The notes below the pieces were generated by a model. The model had not been told where the DNA came from. It did not search any database and worked only from the letters and a program-made list of their open reading frames with translations. Shown piece by piece: positions 1 to 11,599 of a stretch of DNA of 64,000 nt. The DNA is from Moniliella sp. 'wahieum'. Taxonomy: Eukaryota. The stretch lies in NCBI GenBank assembly GCA_003971905.1, contig RSEE01000050.1, positions 186,001-250,000 on the forward strand, written 5' to 3'. The translations under genes were made by a program, and so were the position numbers. The first letter of the stretch is position 1; the number at the start of each line of letters is the position of its first letter.

Positions 1-1023
1 ACGAGACGGTTGGACTGGAGTATCGTGCTGTATATAGCTGCTGTCACGACTATCTCAAGTGCGTAGCTTAAAAAAATCTATATATACTAAACGCTCAGGC
101 TGCAGGTGGGCGCCTTGAGCTGGCGGTGGCGTGGGGGGGCAACACTGGCGCCATGCGGGTGGACCACCGGTGGGCCACCGGTGGTTCGCCTATAACCGCA
201 CGCAGCTGCGCCGATGCGCTTGCCTCTCGACTACCACCACCACCGCCACCACCACCGCCTCTCTTCTCTCGTTGGCCACACACTACTACCAGAGCTGTTG
301 CCGTGTGCACGGCTTGTACTAATCACCATGAATACGTGTGTGCTATCGCCGCCCACTGACGCCCCTGCCGTGCACGCGCCCGACCTCGGTACGTCCACGC
401 CCCCCATGCTGTGATGCCTGCCGTCCTGACTGGCCTGTGCGCAGCCACCGGAACTGAGTCGGCCACGCCTGGCGGCACGGCCTTGCCTGATATCATTTGC
501 GCCAAGATGCCGGTCATACCTCCCGAAGGCGAGTTGAAGATCAACGACGGGGGCGCTTCCAGCGGACGGTCGACGGCGACGGTTTCCCCGGCCAGGTCAG
601 TACCTGCGCTTTGTCCTTATCCGCCCATATACTGACAACGCCTTTAAGCAGGATGATCGGAGAAGGCGCTCAAGTGCTGAGGAAACGACCACGGAACATA
701 TGCAGGCTTGCACACAGATCATCGTTCGCCGTATGGTTGCGGGACTCATTCTCCCTCTCGAACGCGATGACGCTTCGTCCCCACGCCGCAATTGTATGGC
801 TCTTGTATCTTTGCCCTTCGATCCCTATCATCTCCGTGTCCCCATGATGTTTTTGGTCTGCGATTAAACGACGAAGGCAAAGCTTCTGTGGTTGCCGCCG
901 TCCTGAGGCTCCTCGAACAACCTGCCGTTGCCTTGGCGCTCCTCTACGTCTCTGTGTCTAAACAACCATGGCAATGTATGCTTTTAAAGATAATCCACTG
1001 CCTGATCTGATAGCATCGTGGCA

Positions 1024-1088
1024 CCCTAGCCACCGCCCTAGCCACCACCTAGCCACCACCCTAGCCACCACCCTAGCCGCCAGCCTAG
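1024..1088. repeat. Short tandem repeat, ~11-12 bp unit CCCTAGCCACCA, ~5 copies
   Basis: ccctagccaccg ccctagccacca cctagccacca ccctagccacca ccctagccgcca gcctag is visible directly. Confidence 0.85.
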
Positions 1089-2442
1089 TGAAAATATCTG
1101 TGGCTAGCCTTGCCACCAGCCTGCCAGCAAGGCTGCGGACTGTCCGGGGATAGGTGGGGGATAGCTGGGGGGGTAACCTGGGGCCAAGCTGTCGGGTATA
1201 GATTGTCTCGACCTTGGCGACCATCTTGCGCAGCTTTTCTTGTACAGGGTTGTGGCACTTCTAATCATAGACTCACGGTATCAATTTCTCACCTTGAGGC
1301 GAGATCGGCGGCAACGTTGTGACTAGAAATTTCGATTAGCTATGGATGCTTCGTTACGTGTTACGTGGTAACGTTTCACGGTACTAAGCACGGTGAATAT
1401 GAGATTCGAACGGCGACCATTGCGCCCTCCGAGACTGTGTGCACCAATGGGATGTGCGCTTGGCATATTCCCTTTTGGTGCGGAAGGAGAAGGGAAGATG
1501 TGGTTCTGAGGAGAGGTATAGAGGCTGTGAGAAGCGAAGACGTTATATCGCTGAGGGTACCGGGCGCAGAGGGAGTGTACGGGCGGATACTACGAGGGTG
1601 ATGCCTACCATGCAGGGGGGGTGATTGAGCCGCCGTCTGGCATGGTCGCAACGCTTGCTGGGAACAAATTGTGCAGCGGCGCAAAGAACTGTCGGAGATC
1701 TGCCCAGCGGTCTGCTACCGGTGAGGAGGGAGATGGTTGACTAAGGAATGAATTACTGGAGCCTCGGGAAGATCTGCTCCGGAATAAATCGGAGGCGGAA
1801 TGGGCTGGGCCGCAGGTGACGTCCACTCAACAAGAACAGAGGGCAATGGGTTAATGAGGTCGAAGGGGGCTTGCATGTTACACGTTCGGCGTTATGATGT
1901 CACGGGCATTGGTTGCATCAAGCATCGGGCCATCAGGCCATGATGGTGGGGTGTGTGCGTTGGGCTGGGCTGCGCTGGGCGTGTTCGGGCGAGTGTGGCG
2001 TGGGCGTGCGTTTTTCAGCGATAAACGTTAACGTTGAACGTTGAACGTTAAATGTGTGCGCTTTCACGCGGATGGGCTGGCTGGCGGACAAAGAGGAGGA
2101 GAGAGGCAGTAGCTATAAGCGCTAAGCGGCTGCGCTGCCACGCCCTGCCGCCTGCGTGCTCAATGTTGTTAATTTTTGATTCACGCTGCTCCTGGCTGCC
2201 CAGCAGTGCCCGAGTCAGCCGCCCCCAACCAGCGGGTGGGCATTGTCATGTGAAAGCATGCGGCCCCGCCAGTGCCCCCGTGCGTCCGACCCAGCCTCCA
2301 GCCTCAGCGCCCTCAGCGGCAGCGCTCAGGCTCAGGGTCCCGCCCCCACTGGCCCTTGACGGTCTGCTGTTTCTAATATAAACCCCCCGCTCCTATCCGC
2401 CTCCACCGCCTTCACCGCCTCCACCACGCCCCTCGCTCCCCC

Positions 2443-3687
2443 ATGACGGCTGTCAGCACACCGCCACCCCGCCTGCCAGCGACCCGCTGACCCAGCGGCG
2501 GGCCGCCGCGGCACCCACCAAGCTTACCTCCGAACAGATCCGTGAGGAGGAAAACATGATTGAAATGCGCAAGGCCAGCATGGGCACTCTTCCTTCCGCT
2601 CTCAATGGCGCGCCGACCCCAACGCGCCGCGCAACTGGGCCCCCATCTTTTGATTTGCTCGACGTTTGGCCCCTGGCCGAGGAACGGGTCATTGACCCTT
2701 CCGACCCGGTTCCCTACCTTTCGCCCATTACCCACTTCCGCTGGGCCAGACGCGCGCAGCTGCGCCCATCATCATCCAGTACGCCCTGGCCTACTTGGTC
2801 AATGACGTGCTGTACAAGGGACAAGAGTCGCCTCTCCCGGCGTCTGGATGACCCAGTGGATGGCGTCCTGTTCTACACGGCGTGGTACTACTATCTTGGC
2901 ATTGCGATCATTTGGGAGTGCCGCAGCCTGGGTCGAAAGTGGGGGTACTTTGACTCGTCGGTGCCGCGTGACCAAGTGCCCGATGCGCTGGGCGGCAAGG
3001 TGGCGATGAGTTTGCTGTTGACGGTGATGCAGCGGGTCTTTATGGAGGTGAGACCACGTGGGACTCTGACTCGAAGCCGACGGTGCGCTGGCAACTGCCG
3101 ATCCAGATGGCCGTGTACACGTGGACGTTGGACTTCTACTACTACTGGTACCACCGTGTCATGCACGAGTCGGACTCGCTTTGGCCTTTCCACCGCACCC
3201 CCACCTTGCCCGCCACCCCAACACGCGCTGCTCACCCTCTTTGCCGACGATGAGCAGGAGCTGTTTGATATGGTTGGCATTCCCTTCCTGACGTGGGCCA
3301 CCATGTACCCCATTGCCTTCCTCCGCCCCAACTTCTACGAGTGGTGGTGCTGCAACGCTGCTGGTACGTGTTCTTTGTATTTTTCCTCTCCCAGCGTGTG
3401 TACTGACGTTGTATTCTGTGAACAGTAACCGTGGTCGAAATCACCGACACGCTGGGGTGCGCCTCTACTTCACTGCATTCCAGGCCTTCCCATTCCTGCT
3501 GCAACCACTCGATATGGACATTACGATGGAGGACCATGACATTCACCATCGCCGTGGGTGGAAGCACTCGGGCAACTATGGCAAGCAGACACGCATTTGG
3601 GACCGCATCTTTGGCAGCGTCCTGCCCCGCGACGAGGGCCCCAACTCGAACATTGACCGGAATTTGAAGGTGGACATGTCGTGGTAA
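2443..3687 (+). CDS. Fatty acid hydroxylase / sterol desaturase superfamily membrane di-iron enzyme (spliced, frameshifted)
   Basis: His boxes across frames: DFYYYWYHRVMHE, WPFHRT and MEDHDIHHRRGWKHSGNYGKQTRIWDRIFG. Intron ~3365-3426 (GTACGT...CTGAC...CAG). ATG 2443, TAA 3685-3687. Confidence 0.85.
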
Positions 3688-4530
3688 ACAACGCCTACCC
3701 TACCCTATCCATGCCCAACCCCCTCCAAACGCCCCCCCCCATGAATATCCCATCCATTTGAACAACCCCAACCAAAAAAGCAGTGCTGCTGCTGCGGGTT
3801 TGTTGTTGCTTCGCCCCGCTTTGTTTTGTATCCATGCATGATTTGTTTCTCTTCTCGCTAGCCCTGCCACAGTACACATGTTCCTTGGAATCCCATGGTA
3901 CAGACGAAGGATAATGTAGGCAATACAAGGGATGCGTCAGGCTGCGAGAGTGAGAGAGAACAGCGACGCAGCTATTGCGCCATGCCGGATGCGGGGTTGA
4001 ACCGTGTTGACGGTCGGTGCTCGCCATGTCGACGATCGATCCCCATGCACGGTGTACAATGGTGCTGACAATATAAGAACGGACGCGCTACGATGATACG
4101 TTTGACGGACGGATCGGATCGGGGGTCTTTGCTGGCCCAAGCCAGCGACTTTCTTTAGTGGGTTAAGTTCATTGCGGAAAAAAGTGCCACAACATGCCCG
4201 GTGCGTTCCTCGGTGCGTTGCAGTTAGTGATTCAAGGAAGCTCAGTATTCATCCTCCCGAAGCGTGGTCACACCTCTGCCACACCTGCCACCCTTGCATG
4301 CCCATCGAGGCTGAAACCACTGATGGGCACACACGTGGCCCCCACTCCGGACCAGGCATGTGGAGCCCAGAAGAAACCTATTAGCCAAGGACGGTCCATC
4401 AATACGGATGGCGCCACCAACACAAAATAAAATGGATCCAAGGTCGCCTTGAGAGACGGAAACAGAGGCGCGAATGTGTCGATAACGCGGGCAAAGAGGA
4501 ATGGGGAAGGAGAAATGGGAAGAGGGGGGT

Positions 4531-4800
4531 AGGAGGAAGGAAAGGAAAGGAAAGGAAGGAAAAGGAAAGGAAAGGAAAGGAAAGGAAAGGAAAGGAAAGG
4601 AAAGGAAAGGAAAAAGGAAAGAAAGGAAAGGAAAGGAAAAGGAAGGAAAAGGAAAGGAAAAGGAAAGGAAAGGAAAAAAGGAAAGGAAAAGGAAAGGAAA
4701 GGAAAGGAAAGGAAAGGAAAGGAAAGGAAAGGAAAAGGAAAGGAAAGGAAGGAAAGGAAAGGAAAAGGAAAGGAAAGGAAAGGAAAGGAAAGGAAAGGAA
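4531..4800. repeat. (GGAAA)n-type polypurine microsatellite with GGAA/GGAAAA variants
   Basis: 270 nt of only A/G on the + strand. It produces the spurious KGKER and FPFLS ORFs. Confidence 0.97.
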
Positions 4801-5030
4801 TAATCCATCAACAGGAGGGGATGGGAATGACATGTGGCATGGCACATGGGCACATGGCACATGGCACATGACATTTTCCCGCGAGACAAGGGCACAACAT
4901 TGAAGGTAAACAAGGGCATGCCAGCATGCACAAAAACAATTCCGAACAGAACAGAACCAGATCAGGGCAAGGAGACCGGCTCCTCAGTACAGGGGGGGAG
5001 GGGGGGGGGGGGGGGGGGTGAACCCATTGT

Positions 5031-6575
5031 TCAGGGCGAGGAGGCCGGCTGCTCAGGACCCGGGGACGGGAGAGGCGTGGTGTAAGACGAGGCGTGCGGG
5101 GTGGAGAGCGCCTCGTCCACGTGTGCACACTGCTACCGTGCGGGACGGCAGCAGGATCCGAGACAGGCTTTCCTCCGCACGCACGTCCGCCGCGGCGTGC
5201 CTACCGAGGCTTGTGTTCGGGCCTCGAATGCCGATCGAATCGGGCGCGGTGGGTGTCGACCCAGCCCCAGACCCAGGCGAGGGGAAGGGCCCTGGGCAGG
5301 CTCGGTGCCCGCCTGGAGCGACGGCTGTGTACCGTGGGTCGTGCCCGTCGGATCGTCAAAGGGGTTGGGGCTACGGACGGAGGTTGCCTCGGCTTGAGGC
5401 GCAAGCGCGAGCGGTTGGGAAGGGTTGCGACGACGTGGCTCCCTTTCCCGACGGACGACGGACAGCTCGACCTTACCGGGCTTTTGGAGTTGCACGCGCG
5501 TCACCATCGCTGGTACGGCCGACAAGCCCGACAGGCCCGACCCGCCCGACAGATGGAGGCGACCGTGCCGATGGACAGGCGATGTGCGTCGGGGACCGGT
5601 AGGCCCAGGTGGGCAGGAGACGCGGTAGAGCGGTTGGCCGGCCCGTTTCGGGGATCGAGGCGTGGTCGCCAAACGGATCGGTCCGCTGGCGTTGCAAAGC
5701 GGGCGAGGCCAACGGCACGCTGAGCACGTTGCGTGAAGCCGGACCGGGCAGGGGAGGAAGATGAGACCGATTGGGGACACGAGTGGTCGTGCGGGAGCGC
5801 ATGGATTGTAGGTCCTCCTCGAGCTCGGTGCGTTCGCTGATCCTGGAAAGGTGGGGGCGGCCGAGTGGAGAGAGAAACGCTTAGTGAGCGGATCGAGCCC
5901 TTGCAATTGCTCTGTCGCTTCCTCGTCAGTGTCAATACGATAGGTGGTCAGGCCATCCGAACGCAGCTCCGTGTACTCGGTTCTTCGTCCAGCTGCACCG
6001 TCGGCACAGAAGAGGGCAGCACCGCTTTCACGACCGAGGGCGCCAAGGTAGCTGAGCGTGGGGCCGGAGAGTGCACATCAGTGCCGGCCGCGGCAGACTC
6101 CGGCACAGCATCGCCCTCGCTAAAGCTGATCCTCTGCTCTGCTGGAGCTGTGGTGGCGGGCGTCTCGACGGGATCGCGTGCGCCCGGCCGAAACTTTTCG
6201 GCGGCGCAGCGCGCAAGCGCGCTTCGTGCGTGCATGGGCCGCAGCCTCTTGGCGACGACGAGACCGGGTTCGGTACACCCAGAAGGCAATGAGGGCCAGC
6301 CCCACCCCCAAACACACCTCCCACGCACCCCCGATCTTGGCACCAGTATCGCTGTGGGAGGAGGCAAGGCAAGTAGTTGTCCTGGCACGACCGCCCGCAC
6401 GAGAGGGCGACGAGCGTTGGACGCAGTTGTCGCATCCGGCGGGACAAACCGGGTGGTAAATCGTGGGGTCGCACGTGCACGAGTCGCGTGGCACAAGGTC
6501 GGGCGCAAGCAATGCGAGGTGGTCGGGGCGCACGGCCAAAAGCACGTGCGATGTGGCAGCGGGGGGGCTGCTCAT
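5031..6575 (-). CDS. Single-pass membrane protein with Cys-rich ectodomain, possibly Opy2-like (frameshifted)
   Basis: MSSPPAATSH...LVPRDSCTCDPTIYHPVCPAGCDNCVQ, then a TM segment (KIGGA...GVGLALIAFWVY), a basic stop-transfer RTRSRRR and a long S/P-rich tail. The 3' end is approximate. Confidence 0.45.
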
Positions 6576-9349
6576 CGTGCAGAGGGCGAGGGTAAGACGC
6601 GAAAAGCGAGAGACGAGAGGCGAGAGGCAAGACGGGCGAGGGGTAAGGCGAACGCGAAAAAAGAATGGGTGGCAGTCAACACAGTTGAAGAGAGGATGTA
6701 CGAAGGGCGGAAGAGCTGTTGGGCAAGCGTCAAGCTTTGTTGGATGGGGCAAAGGGGGAGAGGAGCGAGGCGAGGCAGTCGGGAGAGTAGAGGGAGTGGA
6801 ACCTTGGCCAGCAAGGCGGAAAGCACAGCTTGTGATGGGGGGAGGGGGTGAAGAGGAGGTGAAGAAGTGAAGAGGTGCAGAGGAGGTGGGGGTTGAAAGT
6901 CGACCAGCGGCGTCGGAGCGCTGGCCTGCGCAGAACGACAGGTGCTACGCAGTCTGGGAGGAAGATCTGCCGAGCTGCAGCACTGGGGACGCGCCAGGCG
7001 GCACAGGGCAAGTGTTGCTCCGCCGTGGCACCCGCCGCCCCGGCGCCAGTGTTGCCACATCGCCCGGCCCTTCCACTCCCCAGTGCGTGGCCTCGGAGCG
7101 CTGAGCCTCAGCGGTCAGGCTTCGCTGGCTGGCCCTGGGGCGCTGACTAGCGACTGAGTACTCCCTCAGTACCCTGGGACAAAACGAGGGTGTCATCTAC
7201 CGGGCTAACCTTGTAGCGCTTTTATTCACCGCACCACCAGCACGTGACCCCATCCCCCTGTTTTGTTGGCCTGCCCCCCCGCTGTGGTGGTCAACACAGG
7301 CCAGCCCCCCTACTCGTAACCAGCACCTGCTACTCCTCCTCCACACAGGCTGCAGCGGCTTGCATACGCACCCTCGAAACAGCAGCAGGGCAATCGTCAA
7401 AATCATCAATCACAGCCTCAGCCAGCCCCCAGCGTGACAACGCGTCTTTGGGAGACTCAGAGGCCGGACGAGATGGCAGAATCGAATCAGACCAGTAGGC
7501 CTGGAACAACAGGCAGAAAAGTATGAGGATGGTTAGGACGGACTGTAGCATATAGCACTGGGATGGAACGCAAGTAAGCGTTGTCGCCTCATCGTCTCAT
7601 CGCCGCCCGCACCGGACGGTTGTTAGCATGTCGCACCCATAAGCTCCACGTTTTTTCACCGGCACCGCGCCTCTCGTCACCTCGGAGCAAACGACCGTGA
7701 GTGCATTCTCAACGAATGATAGGCCAAAAGGTTGCTCATCGCGTTCAACTTTGTCTGCTCGTACTTGGATATTAAGTTTCGACAGGGGAAAAGGGCCACC
7801 TACGTGCTTTCGGCGTCATACGTGACCTAATTAAAAGACAGTGCCTCGGCGACACTCCATGGGCCCTTGTTTCCATTGGATCCGCGCAGAGTTATCGGAA
7901 TCGGCCGGCATGGGGTTGCGTGGTATGGGAAAAAAAACGGATGCCCCTGTCAGCCACGTTGCTCTCCGACCCAAAGCTTGGTTGTGGGAAGTGGTTAAGG
8001 GCGTTGGACCCATTGAGCCCGGCTTGGAGGAGGAAGGGGGCGCTGAGAGGTTGCAGGCTAGACAGACCGCAGTGACTCACGGGCACATCTCTTCCAGGTT
8101 GAGGAGTCAGTTGCGAATGTGGATCATGAAGGAGAATGTGCGTAGACTGGCCTCTGATTACTGCACCGGTGGATGCCCAGTATGCGTGTCACTTCTCACT
8201 GGGAAGATGTCATTCCACCAGGTCCCGGGGCATGGTCCATCAGCTGCTCTTCTTTCCACGACAGTCCAGGGCGGAAGAAGAGAATGCGATATGCGACGAT
8301 CTGGCTGCCTCAATCGACCAACAACTTTCGGCGTCGTACAGAAAGAGGGGATTCGGCGTCCCAGTCTGTTGACTTGCGTCCAGCATCGGACGCCATATGG
8401 GGGTCCACAGCCTGCGGCGCGGGCAGACTCCCGCCTTGCTCGTTGCTCCACGGTTGGACCTCGGGAAGGGGGGTGGGGGGTCGCGGGTGCGAGTATGGCG
8501 GGAGCAGCGGCGTGGTTCCCAGCGCGCGCAGCGAGAGCATGAGAGGGAAACGTTGCACAGACAGACCATCGCTCATCGCAATAGTTGGTGGTCATATTCC
8601 GCTTCAAGGGCCCGCCAAACTGGAGCACACATGGCGCAACCGGCAGCAACCATCAGCGCACACAGCACTCAGCACGCGGTGCACGTCTGCTGCGCGTATA
8701 TGGTGCTCCGTAATGCACAACGGGAGAGTAACACGCGGTTACGGCCCCTTCTGGCGGTCGGGGGGCTGGACAAGAGGTGGACGAAGGAGACTCCATGGAC
8801 CGGGGCCTCGAGAGCACTCGTACAGCACGCCTGCAGAAGCGCCCCTTAGCCCACCCAGGTCTGGAAGCTCAGCCTGGATAAGGACAGAGACGCTCCGATT
8901 GGGGGGAAGGTTGCGTCGGAGTTGAACTTGAACTTACGGCAGAGGCGACCCACATCACATGTCACATGCATGTTGTAGCACACACACGCACGTCAGACAC
9001 TGCCCCCGAGCCGCATCGGCGCGTGGGTGTGGTTAAGCGCTTCGGCTAAGCGCTTAGCGGCTTAGCTGCGTAGCCGCTGAGCCTCAACTTTGACGCTCAG
9101 CTCAGCGCTCAGCGCGCCACATCGGCCTTTTGGCAGCATTTGGGCGACGGGCAGCCGCGCCAGCGCCTCCTCCCTCCTCCACCCGTCCTCCGCCCCCCCG
9201 AGCGCCTCAGCGCTGCTGCTTTTGCCCGCCCCCGTCGCCTCGGATCGCGCCTGATCGCGCCTGATCGCGCCTGCTCGTCTCCCTGCCCGCCGCTGCGCCC
9301 TCCTCCCCTGCTCACCTCCCCCCCCCCCCCCAGTCCCACCCACAACAGC

Positions 9350-10879
9350 ATGGCGAGCAACCGGCCTCCACCCGCAACAGCCGCCATGCCCCAGCCTCAA
9401 CAGGAGGACCTCCCCTTCCTTCCACTAGCGATGCGCTGCTCCTGACGTGGATCTATCGACGCCGTTGACTCTGCGTTCGCTTGTCTCCTCCCAAGAGGCG
9501 GGCATCATCATTGGTCGTGGCGGACAGCATGTGGCCACCCTGCGGGAAAAGACGGGGGTCAAGGCCGGGATAAGCAAGGCGGTTCCCAAGGCGCATCGTC
9601 CTCACCGTGTCTGGCCGCCTCGAATCGGTTGCCCAGGCGTTTGGGTTGATTGCTCACTCCTTCATCGATCACGCAGCGCAACCCCAGCTTCAACCTCCAC
9701 TCCTTCCAGCGGCCAAGCACCCTGCCCTCCTCCCCCGACTCTCCTTCTTCTACTGCGGCACCTGCATCGGGTCCTGTGCCGCCTTTGTCCCCTGACGTGA
9801 GTGGGGAAGAGACACTCTCTGAGCCCACGCCACAAACGGCGATCGTGCGTATCCTCGTTTCGCATGCCATCATGGGTGCTGTGATCGGCAAGCAAGGTGT
9901 CACGATCAAAGCGATCCAAGAAAGTTCGGGGACAAAGATGGTTGCGACCAAGGAGGCGCTACCCAACTCGACTGAGCGTGTGGTGGACATTACAGGGTCC
10001 GCCGACGCAATCCAAATGGCCGTCTTGGAGGTAGGCAAGTACGTGGCGACCGAATGGGAGCGCGCGCAAGGCGCCGTATTGTTTGACCCGATCCCACTTC
10101 GAGCTTGGGCGCAGGAATGTTCATGCCTCCGATAGGGTATGGTGGGAGGGATCTCAGGCCGCGTCCCTTCCTGCAGGGTGGCGAGTACCCTTGATGGGCA
10201 TGCCCGCCGCCTTTCCGCCAGCGTACGGCATGCCCCTCTCCATCCGTTTGCACCTGGGATGGAAATGCTCGGTGGCCCCATGGCTGCTTCCTATGCCGCC
10301 CACCTGGCCTCGCTCCAGCATCAACGTATTTTTGCCCCCACCGGAATTCCGCTGGGTCGGCCACTTCGCCGGCGGCGGTCGCCACAGCCGCAGCGCAAGG
10401 CGCCGCCGTCGCCCCGGGCGGAGGCTTTGTAGCAGGGGGGGTCACTGGCCAGGGCCCGCTGACTGCTCCCGCGGTGATTGATGCGGCCAACCTGCGGACG
10501 CAAAACATTGCGATTCCCGCCGATATGGTGGGCTGCATCATCGGGAAGGGCGGGTCGAAGATCACGGAGATTCGGCGTCTGAGTGGCTCCCGCATCTCCA
10601 TCGCCAAGGTGGCCTACGACAGTTCGGGCGACCGCCTTTACGATCCAGGGCAGCCCCGTTTCCAACGAAAAAGCCCTCTACTTGTTGTATAACCAGGTAC
10701 GCGCACCGCCCCTTTTGCCTCTTGCCTCCTAGACAACTCGACGGCTGAAGATGGGGAGATGGGAGCTGACTTGTACCGTTTGGATGGGCAGCTCGAAACG
10801 GAAAAAGAAAGACGGCACACGGCAGCGGGCAGCTGCAGCAGCTACAGCGACACAAGACCCGTCCAGTGAGAAGACGTAG
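9350..10879 (+). CDS. Triple KH-domain RNA-binding protein (Rnc1/Pbp2/PCBP/hnRNP K-like)
   Basis: Three KH GxxG motifs: EAGIIIGRGGQHVATLR, MGAVIGKQGVTIKAIQESSG and MVGCIIGKGGSKITEIRRLSGSRISI. Intron ~10697-10790, then LETEKERR. Confidence 0.92.
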
Positions 10880-11599
10880 CGTGGTGCGGCACGGTCTGGG
10901 CTCAATGGATTCTGTGCCACACCCCTTTGCCTCCCAGTAGTCTACAGGCTTGGAGGTTGAAGCTTGACGCGTGTCGTCGTCAACGACCTTTCGCCTCAGG
11001 CTGAGGCCTCATCCTCGCGATGAACCGTACATTCACCACAGTGTTGCCACTGCTACCTCATATTTGTTCTCCCTCAGTGCGGCATGAGGCTTGAAGCTTG
11101 AGGAGAGGCCGAACGGTGCCTACAAAATAGCCGAGAGCAAGTGACTGGAAGCGTTTGGCTGTGATGCCTCCTTGTACAACTAGAAAGTTGTCACAGCATC
11201 GCTGGTCATACTCTGTTGGCGGCCTTTGGCCGCGGCGTGGCGGTATCTGCCCGTAAGAAATCCTGTTCTATCGTTGGGGGCTAGGAAAACAGCCGAGGGA
11301 GTTTGATATATGACCTGGTATGACATGCGTGACACTAGTCTGGCCGAGCCAAAGTGAGGTTGAGATCGGAGAGAATGACTCGAATGGATGGATGTGGTCG
11401 ATAAGGCAAGTGCCAGAAGAATCGCAGTGCGGTCGACTTGTCTCGTTTTGTTTGGCTTGTTGCTCCGGTCGGCTGGCAGCCAATTTTCTTCGTTTCAATC
11501 TTCAATGTTTCATCTCAAACTTTTTTTCGTGCCTGCTCGAGGCTGCCGCCACTGCCTTTTGGGCGCTCCTCCTGCTGTGCGGCAACCACCGCGGGCAGG

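Noticed and set aside
95..1830. Possible small genes or fragments at the window start
   Set aside because: There is no recognisable motif or consistent exon structure, so I cannot support a call.
4242..4931. ORFs encoding FPFLS / KGKER repeats
   Set aside because: They are translation artefacts of the GGAAA microsatellite.
5865..6851. Long antisense ORFs (also 11607-13169 alternative frame, 41591-42385, 52604-53881 5' part)
   Set aside because: These are shadow ORFs expected in GC-rich coding DNA, with no recognisable motifs.
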